From NCBI GenBank assembly GCA_000708835.1, contig DF237059.1, forward strand, positions 130,944-194,943: DNA of 64,000 bases, given 5' to 3'. The stretch comes from Klebsormidium nitens. Lineage: Eukaryota; Plantae; Klebsormidiophyceae. The translations under genes were made by a program, and so were the position numbers. Shown here one piece after another: positions 36,331-48,304 of the stretch; within the stretch, counting starts at the first letter, position 1, and every line of letters begins with the position of its first letter. The notes beneath the pieces are model-generated. The model saw only the letters and a list, made by a program, of their open reading frames with translations, was not told the DNA's origin and ran no database searches.

Positions 36331-38623
36331 TCAGGCGGATTTTTGGACAATCACGGCGCCGGATGAACATTTGGCAGTGACGTTCACCCCTCGCACCTGG
36401 TAGAGATACGGTGAATCCTGGTAGGTGGCAACGCCAGCCCACTCTCCCTCATGAACGGTCGAAGCGTCCCAGATCGAAGCATACCTGTCACGAACGAGTA
36501 GGTTCAGATGAGTATTACTGTTGTTTAAACTGATTATAATCAGATCAATGCCGACGTCAACTTGAAGTCAGAAACATCTCCAGGAATCGCATTATTTGCT
36601 CTCAAAGTCAGGTTAGCTGTCTGCAAAACGGACAATCAAACGGAGAATGGCAGCACGGCGCGAGAAATCAAAGCAAGTGCATGATGACCGCGTCCCGTCA
36701 ATCTGGAGTCAAGGTACTGTTCCCATGTGGTTGGTCGAGGCTAGTAACTTACACGAAGCTTGCTTTTGTCGGCCAGGGTGAGTAGCCGTCGTTGATTGCT
36801 TTCCGAACGAGTTCGTCGTCGATTGACCACCTGTTTGCAGACTCGAAGCTTCAGTGTTCCGTCACTCTCTAGAGTTGGTCCGCATTTGACAGACTGTTAC
36901 AAAGGGCTTTGTTGGAACTTGACTATTTGGATGTGGAAGAAGATTCAAAAACTGCTTTGAAACGCCGTTCTACAGTTAGGCCAATGGTGCTTGACGCGCA
37001 ATAACTTCTTCGCGCAGCTCAAGGCAGTCTGGACGCAACTTAGGAAGAATCGAAGCCAAAGTTTCTGGCTGCCCTATAGATTCATCCCCGTTTCGATCAG
37101 TGAGATCGTAAAAAAGCAAACGTCTCTTTCCCTTTCTGACTGAAGAGTACTTACTTTATGTACCAGCTCGTCCACTGGATCGTATACTTATGAAAAGCAG
37201 AACGGCAATCGAAGCCAAGACCGATCATCTGCTCGCGGTCGCCGCCCTTCGATCCATCAGAGAAAGAGGCGGAGAAAGGTAAGCCACTCTAGAAAGCAGA
37301 ACTGGCTAACGTTGTGGCTCCCCACGCTGGTTTGGAGTACTGATTTTGGGTTTGGCGAAAAGACTGTTTGATTGGCACCACCAGATGACGAGATGCAGAG
37401 AAAGCTTACAAAGGGCATGCGTGGCTTGAGAAATCACTTGCTATAGAAGTCTCTATTCAATTTAATTTTGAGACTCAGTTAAGGTTTCTCACCTCCCCAT
37501 TCACCCAGTAGTTCGTTTGGATCATATCCGGACTCTTTCCGAGGAACTCAAGTCGATCTCGTCCTGAGCGAAAGATTTGGACACTATTTGAATATGCATC
37601 CGGTGACGATTGAAGGAGGTCGCCATTTGTATACGAGTAATCTACGCAACTGAAACCCACAGATCCAAAAACATGAAAGCAGGTACGAGATAAGAAAAGC
37701 AAGCCGATTGAACGGCGGCCGTGATCCGCATTCCTAGGTCTAAGTTGAAGCACTCCTTGTCTTCCGTCCTGGTCGAGGGATCAGCAATAGAATTTCAACC
37801 TAAAGCTCTGGTGATCTTGAACTTAACTTGGCATAATTGTATGGACAATTACCTGATCCAGACTTCCTTCAAGAGAACTTATGTAGAATGTCGCAACCAT
37901 ACCCGCGAAGTTGCCTGCAATTACACAGAAGCTTTTTTGATGCCATTTGTGCCAAGAGGGTTGACTCCCGGCGGCCCAGAAAGTCGAAGACCACAGTTTA
38001 TGAAGCTGGCCAGAGCCTCTTCTGAGAATCTCAGGGGGACGCCCTTTGGGTCTCCTTCTCCCGTTCAATCCCTCTACTAAACTTCGTCGTTTCCTTGAAC
38101 TAGAGCAACGAGAAGCATGCATCAAAAGAGGGCTCCGTGCAGTCATCTTAACAACATGTGGTCAGATCTCACCGGCAGGACACTTGAGGAAAGCAGAAAA
38201 GGTCCCATGCGTGTATCTCTCGCGCGTGTGGATATTCCTCGCACCCGCGCTCCGATCCATCCTGATGGTATAGATGCCGCGGCTTGTCGTAACATGATCT
38301 GGGTCTGTAGGAAAGGGAGATCGAGACGCTCTAGCTAGCAGCCTCCATACAGGAACCAGTGGGCGTCGGCCCTTCAAAAAGCGTTCCCCGGTGCAATTTG
38401 GGCAGAGATGATGTTCATAGATCCAATATTTCCAACACTAGAAGGAATCAAGAAGAACCGCATGCGAATGAGATCTGGTTTGAAAGGTAGAACCTCACTC
38501 ACTGTAGTCAATCTCTGTCAGGATCAGGTGCGTTCTGAGAGCTGACAACATGAGGACGAAGAACGTTCCAAGCGCGGTCAACGCGGGCCACAGTTTGGTG
38601 ATTGAGACCGTTGCTACCGCCAT
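36331..38623 (-). CDS. GH16 endo-glucanase of EG16/XTH type, about 235 aa, with a signal-like N-terminus; apparent 1-nt deletion at 37550-37551; exons 38623-38503, 38304-38173, 37914-37853, 37563-37493, 37246-37155, 36830-36753, 36484-36331
   Basis: Spliced: MAVATVSITKLWPALTALGTFFVLMLSALRTHLILTEIDYNPDHVTTSRGIYTIRMDRSAGARNIHTRERYTHGTFSAFLKCPAGNFAGMVATFYISSLEGSLDQDEID[F]EFLGKSPDMIQTNYWVNGEGGDREQMIGLGFDCRSAFHKYTIQWTSWYIKWSIDDELVRKAINDGYSPWPTKASFVYASIWDASTVHEGEWAGVATYQDSPYLYQVRGVNVTAKCSSGAVIVQKSA*. EG16 motifs: GTFS...CP.G, YlSSLEG...QDEIDFEFLG, QTNY, LGFDC, FH.Y.I.W, YAS.WDAS. Six GT-AG introns are phase-consistent once one T is added (exon 4 is 71 nt, 72 expected). Confidence 0.9.
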
Positions 38624-41143
38624 GACTTCAGGTGAATGGGCTTCAAATGGAAGAAGGACGACCAAAGTGCGCTGACACAGCCTGCCCACCCTGAGCTGCG
38701 TTTGTTTGCGTGGTGAATGAAACTTTTTGCTCTTTTCCTGTCCGATCTAGGTACTTGGAGGTTCGGGCCCTTCCTCTTGCCGCTGCATGAACGCTTGAAG
38801 GTGCTTTGCATCACCTTGCGGCGCCTTTCTCCGTTAACGTTGGTTTTCGTTAAGTTGGTTGCATAATCTGGCTGACTGGCAGCCCCTCCTTCAGACCCTT
38901 CATCAGCAGCAGTCGTTCCAATCCTCGATCACATGTATAGACCTCAATCCTGAGTTGCTCGAGGGGCAAAAATCTGCAGGAATGAACGGTATTCCTGCCC
39001 CCAGCTCCAATTCGATTTGAGAGGTCTACCATTATTCTTCGCTCACGAACTCAAATTCAAGAGCCAGTAACCAGCGTGACTCTTGTCAAAAGTTTGAAAG
39101 GCAGACCGAGTTTTCTTTATCGTCTAGAAGAAGTGTTGCAAACTCCTTCAAAAATTCGTATCACCACGGTTCTGCAGAGCTTCAAAGCAAGAAGCTGCTA
39201 TGCAGCATACTGAGAGAAGCATCACCATTAAGGAGACGGGCGCATGCGCCAACCTGGACAAGATTGCTGGCAAGCTCCCGCAATGATGAATGTTGTTGTG
39301 ACATGCTTTGCAAGTCATTTCTATTCTTTCTTAGAAGAGGCTGTCACTCGCTGTCACCGCAATATGAAACCAATTCTCCTAGGAACTAGGAAGGATAGCA
39401 GAGCAAGTTAACTAAAGCAAGAGGGGAAAGTGCGGTGAAAGATGCTTTGGTCGACCTACCTAAGATCAGTATTCCAGCCAACAGATTCCAAAAACGACAC
39501 CTGATGTAGGCTGACCGGAAAAGGGAGTAAGTAAACTTTTGCAAGTCGCACAAGATGTCCCCCCTGATCGACTTACTGCCTTCGCGATCGCCTCGAGAAC
39601 AACTCCTAGTGCGGATGGAGTCACCATTCGCGAAGTCGATTGACGCTGTGCAGCAGTACAATTCCTCACTGGTGCAAAGGTGTGGCAAAACGGGGCCAGT
39701 CCTTCTTTTCTTTCAAAAGGAAAGACCTGTGAAAGGGCGAGCAAGAAAAGGGCCGACCAACAGAAGGTGCGAAGCTTGCCTACATATAGCCTCCTCTACG
39801 TGTTTACTATCTTTTCGAGCGCATTACTCAGATCGGCTTTCAGACGGTTTCGTTTCGGCCAAGGGTTGAGTGCACTGCTCCTACTCTAAGTGACGCCATA
39901 GCCGGACTGCTCTTGAAATCGCACGAGAAGACGCCCCTGAGGAAAGTAATTCTGGCCAGGGGATTAGACGATCTCACAGGCTTTCAGGCCGCATTTGGAC
40001 TGGGGGAGGACGGTAAGTACCGACAGTACTGTCGGTCAGTATCCTGCGGGGGACAAGTCGAGCTCAGACACGTGCGGATCGTGCTGCATAGTGAGAACAA
40101 CAAAAAGGGCATCAACTAGGCGCCTGTGAAGTTGACTATTCAAAAGTCAAGGGCATTACAGCGCACGACCTCGTGCTTGCGAAAGATATGAACTGTATCG
40201 ATCATATGACGCCTCATCCGATCTGATCATTTTGGCTCATCTACATAGGTAACTTTTATTTTCGGCAGAAAATCTCAGCCGCTCGTCGCATTGAAGAAAC
40301 TTTGGCGGTTTTGTCCCAGTCCTTCCGTCCTCCGCTTCGCTCAACGTGCGGAAATACCGCATCCTGCTGAGCCAAAGTGTTGTCAGGCCCCGACCATCGT
40401 GCCCGGCAAATCACCCTGCTTCTTGCGAATCAAGATCAGCGACGTCGACTCTCACGTCAAGGACTCGTCATTACTTCATCTTGGCACGAGCCATTCGCCA
40501 TTGCCCAGCTGAGTCGCCCCCTTGCTCTCCGCGCCTCCTCTGCGCGCCTGCGCCCGCGCGATCCTGCGCAAACGGGCGATCCGCTTTCCTGAGCTTCTCC
40601 AAATGGAGTCCGTTCCGTCGGCTTTCTATTCCCTCACCTTCCGGTCGCACCTAGTGGACTCCTCATCGCGTTAATCCTGCTGACGCTCCGTTCTTCCGTC
40701 AGCTGGATTCCGACGGGGCTGGTCCGCCGGCCGCTCTGCTCGATCCCGTCATTCTCTCGACGCCCCGCGCGCGCGCCTTACTCGATCACCTAGCCTCCGA
40801 CGGGCTCAACGCGCGCGGAGGTCGTCGAGGTTGTGGATGACTCATCTTATCCAAGGACACGGCCATGGTGACGTCATACAAGGATTCTTTGTATCAAATG
40901 TCGCCCGACGTTACTAGGCGGGTGTCGTTTGAGGGATGCATCTGCATCCCCGGGCTCAGTTGATCCGCCCCTGCTCCGGGAGAGGCGTCGGGGTCGCTTC
41001 CGTTGGTTCCGCTGGTTCCGGTTCCGGTTTATTAAGGCCGACTCGACCGTCCTTTCTCACGCGTCAGCATTGCAGGCTTTCGGAGGGGTATCCGTGGCGT
41101 GGCGGAAGCTTTTGGTGCGGGGGCTGAGGTTTGCGTTTCATTC

Positions 41144-44100
41144 CTATCGCCAGTGAAGATCGGGGGCTGTTAAGATCTCTGGAATAGAGTTCTGAAGTCC
41201 CGGAATCTCAGCAATTAAATTATAGTACCTTTGGAGCGCTCCCGGGCCGCAGCTTTGATTACGTAACTCGCGCCCGCGTTCCGGTTCCGTTGACGTTCGG
41301 CATCCTGCCGTTTGCAAAAAAGTTGTCTGCGTCCAAACCAAAAGGGGCTGCTCCAGGTCGTCCGACTTGCCCTCCTCCTTTAATTTGCGGACAGTATGCG
41401 GACAGGGCTCTTGGACGTTCTCCATAATCCCAATGTACCGCTCCTTCGGGCTCAGCGACAGCTTCTGCTTGGGCTTCCGCTTCCGCACCCCTTCGTTCCG
41501 CCGGGAGGGCTCCTCCGTCCGCCCAATTCGCTTCTCGCCCTCAGGGGCCTTCACCGGGCTCCTCAGGCTTGCCCCTCCGAAGTTCTCGCAAGTGCTCGGC
41601 CGGAAGCAGGTCCTCCGTCCGTGCGAAAACGTTTGCTTTGGAGGGCTACACAGCAGTCTAATTGCGTCCGGCGAAGAAAAATTCGCATATATATTAGACC
41701 TTCAATTCTCGCTCAGTCTCCCCTTGTCAACATACCTTTACGGAGACTTTGCCTTCCTTCTACCGAAGCGAATCCGGGGCGCTCTGGTTCTGACGCATCA
41801 AACGAAGGACGCGACAGAGTTTCCTGGAGTCTGGTTCTGACGCATCACACGGGGGAGACGACAGATTCCCCTGGAGGATTCGACGCTCGCTTCCAAATTG
41901 CTTGCAAAAACCGTCCTCCGTCTTGGGGGTGGTAACTGAGCCGGAGTCTCGCTGAACACACTCTCTCGGTCTCTCGGGGGCTTGCACCGGGGCTTTGGGC
42001 CTTGCTCGGAGGTGATGCCGTCACGATGACGTCAGCGTGGGGGTCGCATCTCGGGCCGTGGTGCTGACGTCGGCGTCCGGGGCAGTGACGTCGCGTACCA
42101 GCCCCGGAGCTTCTGCCTTCAAAGCGGGAGGAATTTCGACCGGAACCGGAACGGAGTGACCGACCGGAAGGGGCAGAAGAGCATCTTTAGCCGTCCCGCT
42201 TTTCTGCATCCTCAACGACTGTTCTGGGGCCTGCCCCTCTGATGTGTTCATTCCGAATGCGAGGTTTTCGCTCAAAGCACCCTTCTTCGCCTTTCCTTTG
42301 TTTGGGCCGTTCTCCTTCCCGGAACCGTCCTCACTAGTTCTATTCGCAAACCCCTGAGCTTTTGGAGCGGCAGCGTGACACGTGGCGCGACAGGACTGGC
42401 CGCGGCTCGCCGCCCGAAGAACGCGGCTGCGTTGGGAAGTCTCTCCTCGGGTGAACCTTTTCTTGCGTGCGGACCTTTTCATCCTCGGACCCCTCGTTGC
42501 TGTCTTGGTCCCGCTTTGGGGGGTCTCCAGATCACAGCGCTTCGGGGCTGCTCCGTTTTGGTCTGGTTCTACTGTCAAGAAGGCTTGGGGAGCGCTTGAA
42601 TCGACCGGAACGGGGCTCCGCTCATCAAAGGCAGAACGGGCGGTGGAGACTCCAGCGAGCAGTCCTCCCACAGAGCGGAACGGAGTCCATTGGATGCTGG
42701 CACCTTGTTTGGCGTGACGCTTGCCCGGAGGAAAAACGCCGCAGCGCCCCAGAAAGTCGCTTCCGGCGACCGCTCGGCCCCGTCTGCCCCCAACTTGTAG
42801 CCACGCCTAGCAGGCGACCCGACCATCTCTTCCACAGGGAGGAGGTCGCCTCCGTTGACTGCGCCCCAACCGCCGCCGCCCTTCTAACAGAGGTTTCCGC
42901 GGTGTCTTGGCTTGGGTTCTCGTTCGCTTCCGCGTCTGGAATGCCCAGCCCCCTCACTTTCTGTGGAGACACCGTTGCCTGGTCTCTGTGCCCGGTTGGT
43001 CCTACCGGGCTGTTTGGCAGGCAGGAAATCAGACCTCTGGGGGGTGTAGAAACCGGCCGGAACGATGCCCTCAGGAAGAGAGCGGCGGCGCCGACAGAGG
43101 GCCCTACGGGAGACCCAGGCTCCCTCTAGCTGTCGACAGACCTTTCAGGCGGGTCATAATTAATCCTATATTCGCTGACGTCATCACGCCGTCGGCCTCC
43201 ACTTCCTGCGCTGCTCTTGCTGACGTTACGATGCTTACAGCCTTCACTTCCTGCGCTGCCGTTGTCTCCTCGGACCCAGGGACGATTGGCGCTTCGGGTG
43301 CTTCGGCCTGAGCAGCGGCGGGCGGGGTTTGGGGGTTTAGCGCGGCTGCGGCCGCCTCAAACCCAGCCGCGGCTGCAGGGGTAAGGGGTTTGGCACTCCG
43401 GCTTCCTTGTCGTCTTCCGCCCGTTCCGTTCCGTTCACTTCCTCCACCTGGTCCTCAGCCGCGTTGTTCTTCTCGACCGCTGAATCTGCTCTTAGGTCTA
43501 GGGAGTCAGACACTTTCTCGGTGTAATTCGCTACATTACCCACTTGCTCATCCCTTACACTCTGCTGAGACCTTCGCTCCGTTTCCATCGAATGTTCAAA
43601 AGCATCGGCCGAGTCTCCTCGGTTCGCTTCTTGTTTCTCGATCCCAAACCCTTCGCCAGAAAGGCCTTCCCGGCCGATAGTCACAGCCGCGTTCGCGGCG
43701 ACCGTGCCGTCCATGCGCAGCCTGCGCGCAGCCCTTGGCACGTGTCCCTGGTCGCCCAAAACGCGCGAGCGCGCCTCCATCTCCTCCAGCCGTTCCGCTG
43801 ACCCCACCGGACTCCGCCCGTACAGTCTTCACTAGGCGGTCGACGGTCTTCACTAGGCGGGGGTTTGGCGGCGGGCTCTTCCAGCGTGGAGCAGGGCTGT
43901 TTGGGGCGTTCCAGGGAGGTCTCTTTGGTAGGGGCTGTCTGGGGCGCTCCAAGTGGAGATACCGTATCATTTGGACCCGGTTATATCAAACCGGGGCATG
44001 ACTTGCAGCGTTGGCGCCCCCCGGTTGGCTCTCCCCGGTCGCCAGCGGGTCCAAGAGCCGCGCTTCGCCAGCCCCGGTTGACGATCTCCGACCTCCTGAC

Positions 44101-44320
44101 GGCAGCTCTCAGTGGCGGTGGAAGAGACGCGTACGTCTGGATTGTGGAAAGGCTGAACACGTTCTCGGAACGTTGATTTCTGCGGCCGCCGTCGCTTGTG
44201 GCACGCTTGTGGCGCATCGAGACGTTGGACTCGTGCTCAGTAAACAGGGATGCTCGGGAGGCTTGATTGGCCCTGAATTGCTGTCTCAGTGAAAGTTCGG
44301 CTGCTCATCAAGCTGGGTAA
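41144..44320 (-). pseudogene. Long low-complexity (Ala/Glu/Pro/Ser/Arg-rich) coding-like tract broken into overlapping ORFs by several frame changes
   Basis: Chain of minus-strand frames: PGPNDTVSPLGAPQT... / SAERLEEMEARSRV... / PAAAAGFEAAAAALNPQT... / VEEMVGSPARRG... / ERSPVPVDSSAPQ...KRSARKKRF... / KRKPKQKLSLSP. Internal repeat GAAA(L/F)FLRAS. No domain recognised, and it could also be a misread intact gene. Confidence 0.35.
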
Positions 44321-45379
44321 GCAAACTTGAGCGCATAAGCTTGCTTCTCCGACCCATAACTGGCCCGTAACCAGGTTAAAAGTCTGGGTACTGCACAAAG
44401 CTCCTCATTGGACGTACAATCAGCCGCTTCTAACCAGCCCGAAAGATCGTGATAAACCGCTCAAAACCCTGTTTGTTCAACTCAGACCTTAAATGCTATC
44501 TAGGTCACAGCTTAGAGCAAGATAACACTGCATTCCACACACTCCAGACTTGATCGATACTGGGCCCGCAATCAAACTGCTTCAGATCCTGTCAAGATCA
44601 ATGTTATTCAAGCAACGTGCCGTCAAAGAGTGAACAGGCGCGTCGGTAGGCCGCACAACGTCCCATGTGACGTATGCAAACCGTCAAAACCAGGCACGGC
44701 CCAGAACTGACTAAACCAATGGCTGCGACGCACTATGTGGTGCTCGTGAAGCGTATGCTTAGATTCTGCACTAATTGATCGGCCCTTTACTGTCATGCGC
44801 GCATTCGCGCATGTAAAATTGATCATGGCCGGTGCTTCAAAATCAAAGTTGACCGGGTGTTCAGTAATCTAGCAAGAGTAAATAACGTCAGCTTGTTGAA
44901 CTTAGATTCAAACAAGTCTTTGCCGTGAAGCTTGAATGAGCAACGTTCAGCAGACGTTGAAACGATTTGGTCCCGCATGAGAGTACATTGAATAACTCGT
45001 CCGTACATTACCCAGTCGTCGAAAGTTCAGCTTGCCTCGCCCAAACATTCTTCGTAGCCAAATGACATGCTTGTACATTTAAGGAGACAATTGATTCTGA
45101 GCTAGTCAGTATGGCCGGTCAGCGTAGAAGAGTCGAAGTTGGATGGGTTACCATGGAAGACCACATGCTGCAATGCCACTTGTGACTCAAATTAAGAGGG
45201 GGCTGTGAGGACGCCAATGCTAATTTTCAACTCAAGCTCAATGCAAGCCAGTTGGAGTCTGGCGTGAATGGTGGCATATGCATGCATTCAGTTTGATACG
45301 TTGGGAGAAAAATGTAACAGGACTCTTCTTAAGGACTCGTGATTGGCTTACGGTTCAAGTAACTAAATGCAGGATTCGT

Positions 45380-47185
45380 CTATTTCACCTGTTCATAGTT
45401 CAGAGCAATGTACCCGGCTTTCCGCTTTCCGTTGGTCTTTCTCAACTCGTCAATTAGTCGGTTCCAATTCGATCCCAACACACCTACAAAGAAATCAGCA
45501 TCCGCGGCCAAAAATAGATTGACAAACGCCAAGTCCGACCCCGCTCTGGCCGGCGTGTGCGTCTTCCAAGGATCCTTTTCATTAGAATGGATCCGCTCTG
45601 CCTTTGTATAGTACAAACTCCAGTGAGGCGTATACTTGCTTACAGCCTGATCTAGTATATCTTGAGACTCGGTACTCAACCAGATCGACCGCACCGCTGG
45701 ATTATGCTGCCGAATCCTCTCCGCTTGCGCCATAAAGTCAGGCAAGTCCACAATCCGCATCTCGACACTCTTCTCATAAGCGTGCCGCACATGCACGCTT
45801 ATGAAAGGCCGCGGCATAAACACGTCATCCTTCCACAACTCCTGCTCCAATGCTCCAGAACGCCGGGGATCCCCAGCTTCTTCCGGCGCATGCTCGCCCT
45901 GAAAACGTATGCTCTCCGCCAGCCCTGCCGCGACCTCCACCCCAAAGGCATCGTGCCTCGCGCCGTTCATCAGTCTGCACAGGTACGCGCTCGGAGCCCT
46001 GAGCAGATACCGCGTCGCCTGGGCCCTCCACCAATTCATGGGGCCATATATCTGTGCCCCGTAGTTGAATGGGCCAACTGTTTCGTCCACTATCTTCCCC
46101 TCAAACTCAATCGAGCCCCGTTCCAGCTTCCAGGGCTCCCCCCACAAGTCTGGCACTATGTCCATAAGCGTGTGATCCATCAATGCATATTCGGGGAGTA
46201 AAACCACCCGCTCTTCCAGACCCTGCGCCGCTGCCATGAGATCCGCAGTAGATCCTGGCCTGTGCCGCTTTCCCGCGAGCGCGATCGCCGCGCACTCCTT
46301 CGATGTCGCCGGCAGGACGTAGCAGTCCAGCGTCCCGTTGCTTTCACCCGCACACCCCTCGTGCATTGCGCGCTCGAAGCTGTTGTCGACCACAAACACC
46401 CGGCCCGTCATGACCGCCAGCGCAAACCCCCCGGTTATCACATGTAACTGGGACCCTAACCCATGGGTCGATGTGTCTACCCATTGCGCCACCAGAAAGC
46501 GGACGTCCGACGCGTTGCAGTCTTGCGGATGCTGCCGCAGCCACAGGTCTTGCTGAACGTGCCTGGTTAGGGGAATGTTGTCCACGTCAGCGCCCCTAAC
46601 CCAAAACGGGTCAGGAACCGGGTGTCCCGCAAACCCTTTCTGGTCTGCCCAGTCAGGAAGGCCCCCGTCAGGTAGCCTGCTGTCTTGGCTTAGCTCCTCT
46701 TGAGACACACGGTCGCAGTCTACCAAATGCGGGGGCAACGGTGGCCCCTTCTCCGCCGTCTGCGCTTCGCTTCCCGTGCCAACCTTGCCGTCAAAGAAGC
46801 GCGAGCTGTTCCACGCTTGGAGGAGCGCCTTCACAGCAGGACAGGCGTCTAACTGCTCCGCTGTCCACTCTTTTCCCGACCAGGTGCAACTGAAGGGAAC
46901 CGCTGGAGCGGTCACATTTGGAACAGGGGGGCAGGGTTTGCAGGGCTTCTCTCCCATCAACTCTGCCCCCCCAAGGGCTGGAGCCGCCATCACATTTGCA
47001 ACAGGGGGGCAGGGCTTGCTGTGCTCCTCCCTCATGATATGTACCCCCACTAGAGCAGGAAAGGAGGTGACCAGCAGAAAGTGGTCGCTGGCTTTGTCGC
47101 CCCAGAAGATAGCCGCAGGGACCAGAAGGAAGAAGCTGACGCTGAAGGAGAAGAGGACCCAGAAGCGGGAGCAAGGGGACGCCAT
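45380..47185 (-). CDS. Intronless type-II membrane glycosyltransferase, GT23-like (alpha-1,6-fucosyltransferase FUT8/NodZ fold), 601 aa
   Basis: N-terminal signal anchor (RFWVLFSFSVSFFLLVPAAIFWG) and a Pro/Cys stem with the KPCPPV.NV.APA repeat. GLGSQLHVI...LAV.TGR.F.V resembles FUT8 G.GCQLHH. FISVHVRHAYEK (motif I), IWLSTES (motif II) and NLFLAADADFFVGVLGSNWNRLIDELR (motif III) are present. Confidence 0.8.
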   Translation of the reverse strand: MASPCSRFWVLFSFSVSFFLLVPAAIFWGDKASDHFLLVTSFPALVGVHIMREEHSKPCPPVANVMAAPALGGAELMGEKPCKPCPPVPNVTAPAVPFSCTWSGKEWTAEQLDACPAVKALLQAWNSSRFFDGKVGTGSEAQTAEKGPPLPPHLVDCDRVSQEELSQDSRLPDGGLPDWADQKGFAGHPVPDPFWVRGADVDNIPLTRHVQQDLWLRQHPQDCNASDVRFLVAQWVDTSTHGLGSQLHVITGGFALAVMTGRVFVVDNSFERAMHEGCAGESNGTLDCYVLPATSKECAAIALAGKRHRPGSTADLMAAAQGLEERVVLLPEYALMDHTLMDIVPDLWGEPWKLERGSIEFEGKIVDETVGPFNYGAQIYGPMNWWRAQATRYLLRAPSAYLCRLMNGARHDAFGVEVAAGLAESIRFQGEHAPEEAGDPRRSGALEQELWKDDVFMPRPFISVHVRHAYEKSVEMRIVDLPDFMAQAERIRQHNPAVRSIWLSTESQDILDQAVSKYTPHWSLYYTKAERIHSNEKDPWKTHTPARAGSDLAFVNLFLAADADFFVGVLGSNWNRLIDELRKTNGKRKAGYIALNYEQVK

Positions 47186-48304
47186 GGCAAGCTGGAAAGG
47201 GTCGGCCCAGATTGGTATGTAGGTCTAACAGAGCCTCAGATCAGGCAGGACTTACTTGAGCAGCATTTCTGATCTGCTGGCAACGCGTTCCGCTTCGCAG
47301 CCAGCAGGCGAGACCCGGGTAGGAAGTCAGATTCAAAGAGATCTGGGTGTGGTTAGCGCCCTGAAGTTGAGGGCAACTTTGCTGAGGCAGGACCGCCAGA
47401 CGTCTTGTCATGTGGTCATACCAGCCTTGCCAAGTCAGAGCATTGCATGCATGTGGTGCCGTGCTCCCAACGTTGGACATCAACTTTCAATCATGCAAAC
47501 GCACCTGCATTGGCAATGCTGCCAAATCTCCCAGATGCATCATGCTCAGCTCAAGCCCAAGGCTTGAGTAGTACCGGTAGGACCTACTACTCGGAGTCGG
47601 TACTCGGAGTTCGACGGAGTACCTACCTCCTCCTATTAGTAAAGGCTTGCTCTTTTCAAGCACGAACGTCGAAGCACTCCACGGCCGATCGTCTGGTACG
47701 ATGATGTCGCCCCAACCGGCGCAGTCTTCAGGCTTTATGCAAGCCAGGGGAGTCGATAGGGGCACCTATCGGCCCCCCCCAACTCGCAGAAAGCCGAAGA
47801 TTCAGGCATATCCCCGACTTGAATATGTCATATGCCAACTCGATTTTCCGGCGATATGCCCTATGCTAGCCGGGTTTTAACCCTTTGTCGGCGGGGAACT
47901 TCCGGTCATTTTTACCGTACGCGAATTTTATCGATATTCGCAAAAATCGAATTGACCGTGCGATTGATCGACCGGACGGCGTCGATGACTATACTGACGG
48001 AACGGCACGCCGGTAGCAGCTACGATCGCCGTCGAAACTCGAGAGTTTTTCGCGTAGGGGCAATCGGAGCCACCGGCCGCCATTGTACGGCATAAATGGA
48101 CGGTGCCGAGCATGGTCAGTATTGGCAATTACAAAACGGTATAAGCGCGAACTTCGGGAACTTGACGAAACTTGTATAAGTGACTAGGTCCTATTATTAC
48201 AGTATAGCTTATATGGAAAATATCAGGCGGCTGCAGCTGCGGTACTAAGATTCGCATGCACACCGGTGGTACCGAAATTATCAAAGTGATCGAGATTCCG
48301 GAGT

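Noticed and set aside
38850-40660. Several 60-105 aa ORFs on both strands
   Set aside because: No domain motifs and no consistent exon phases, so they are not called.
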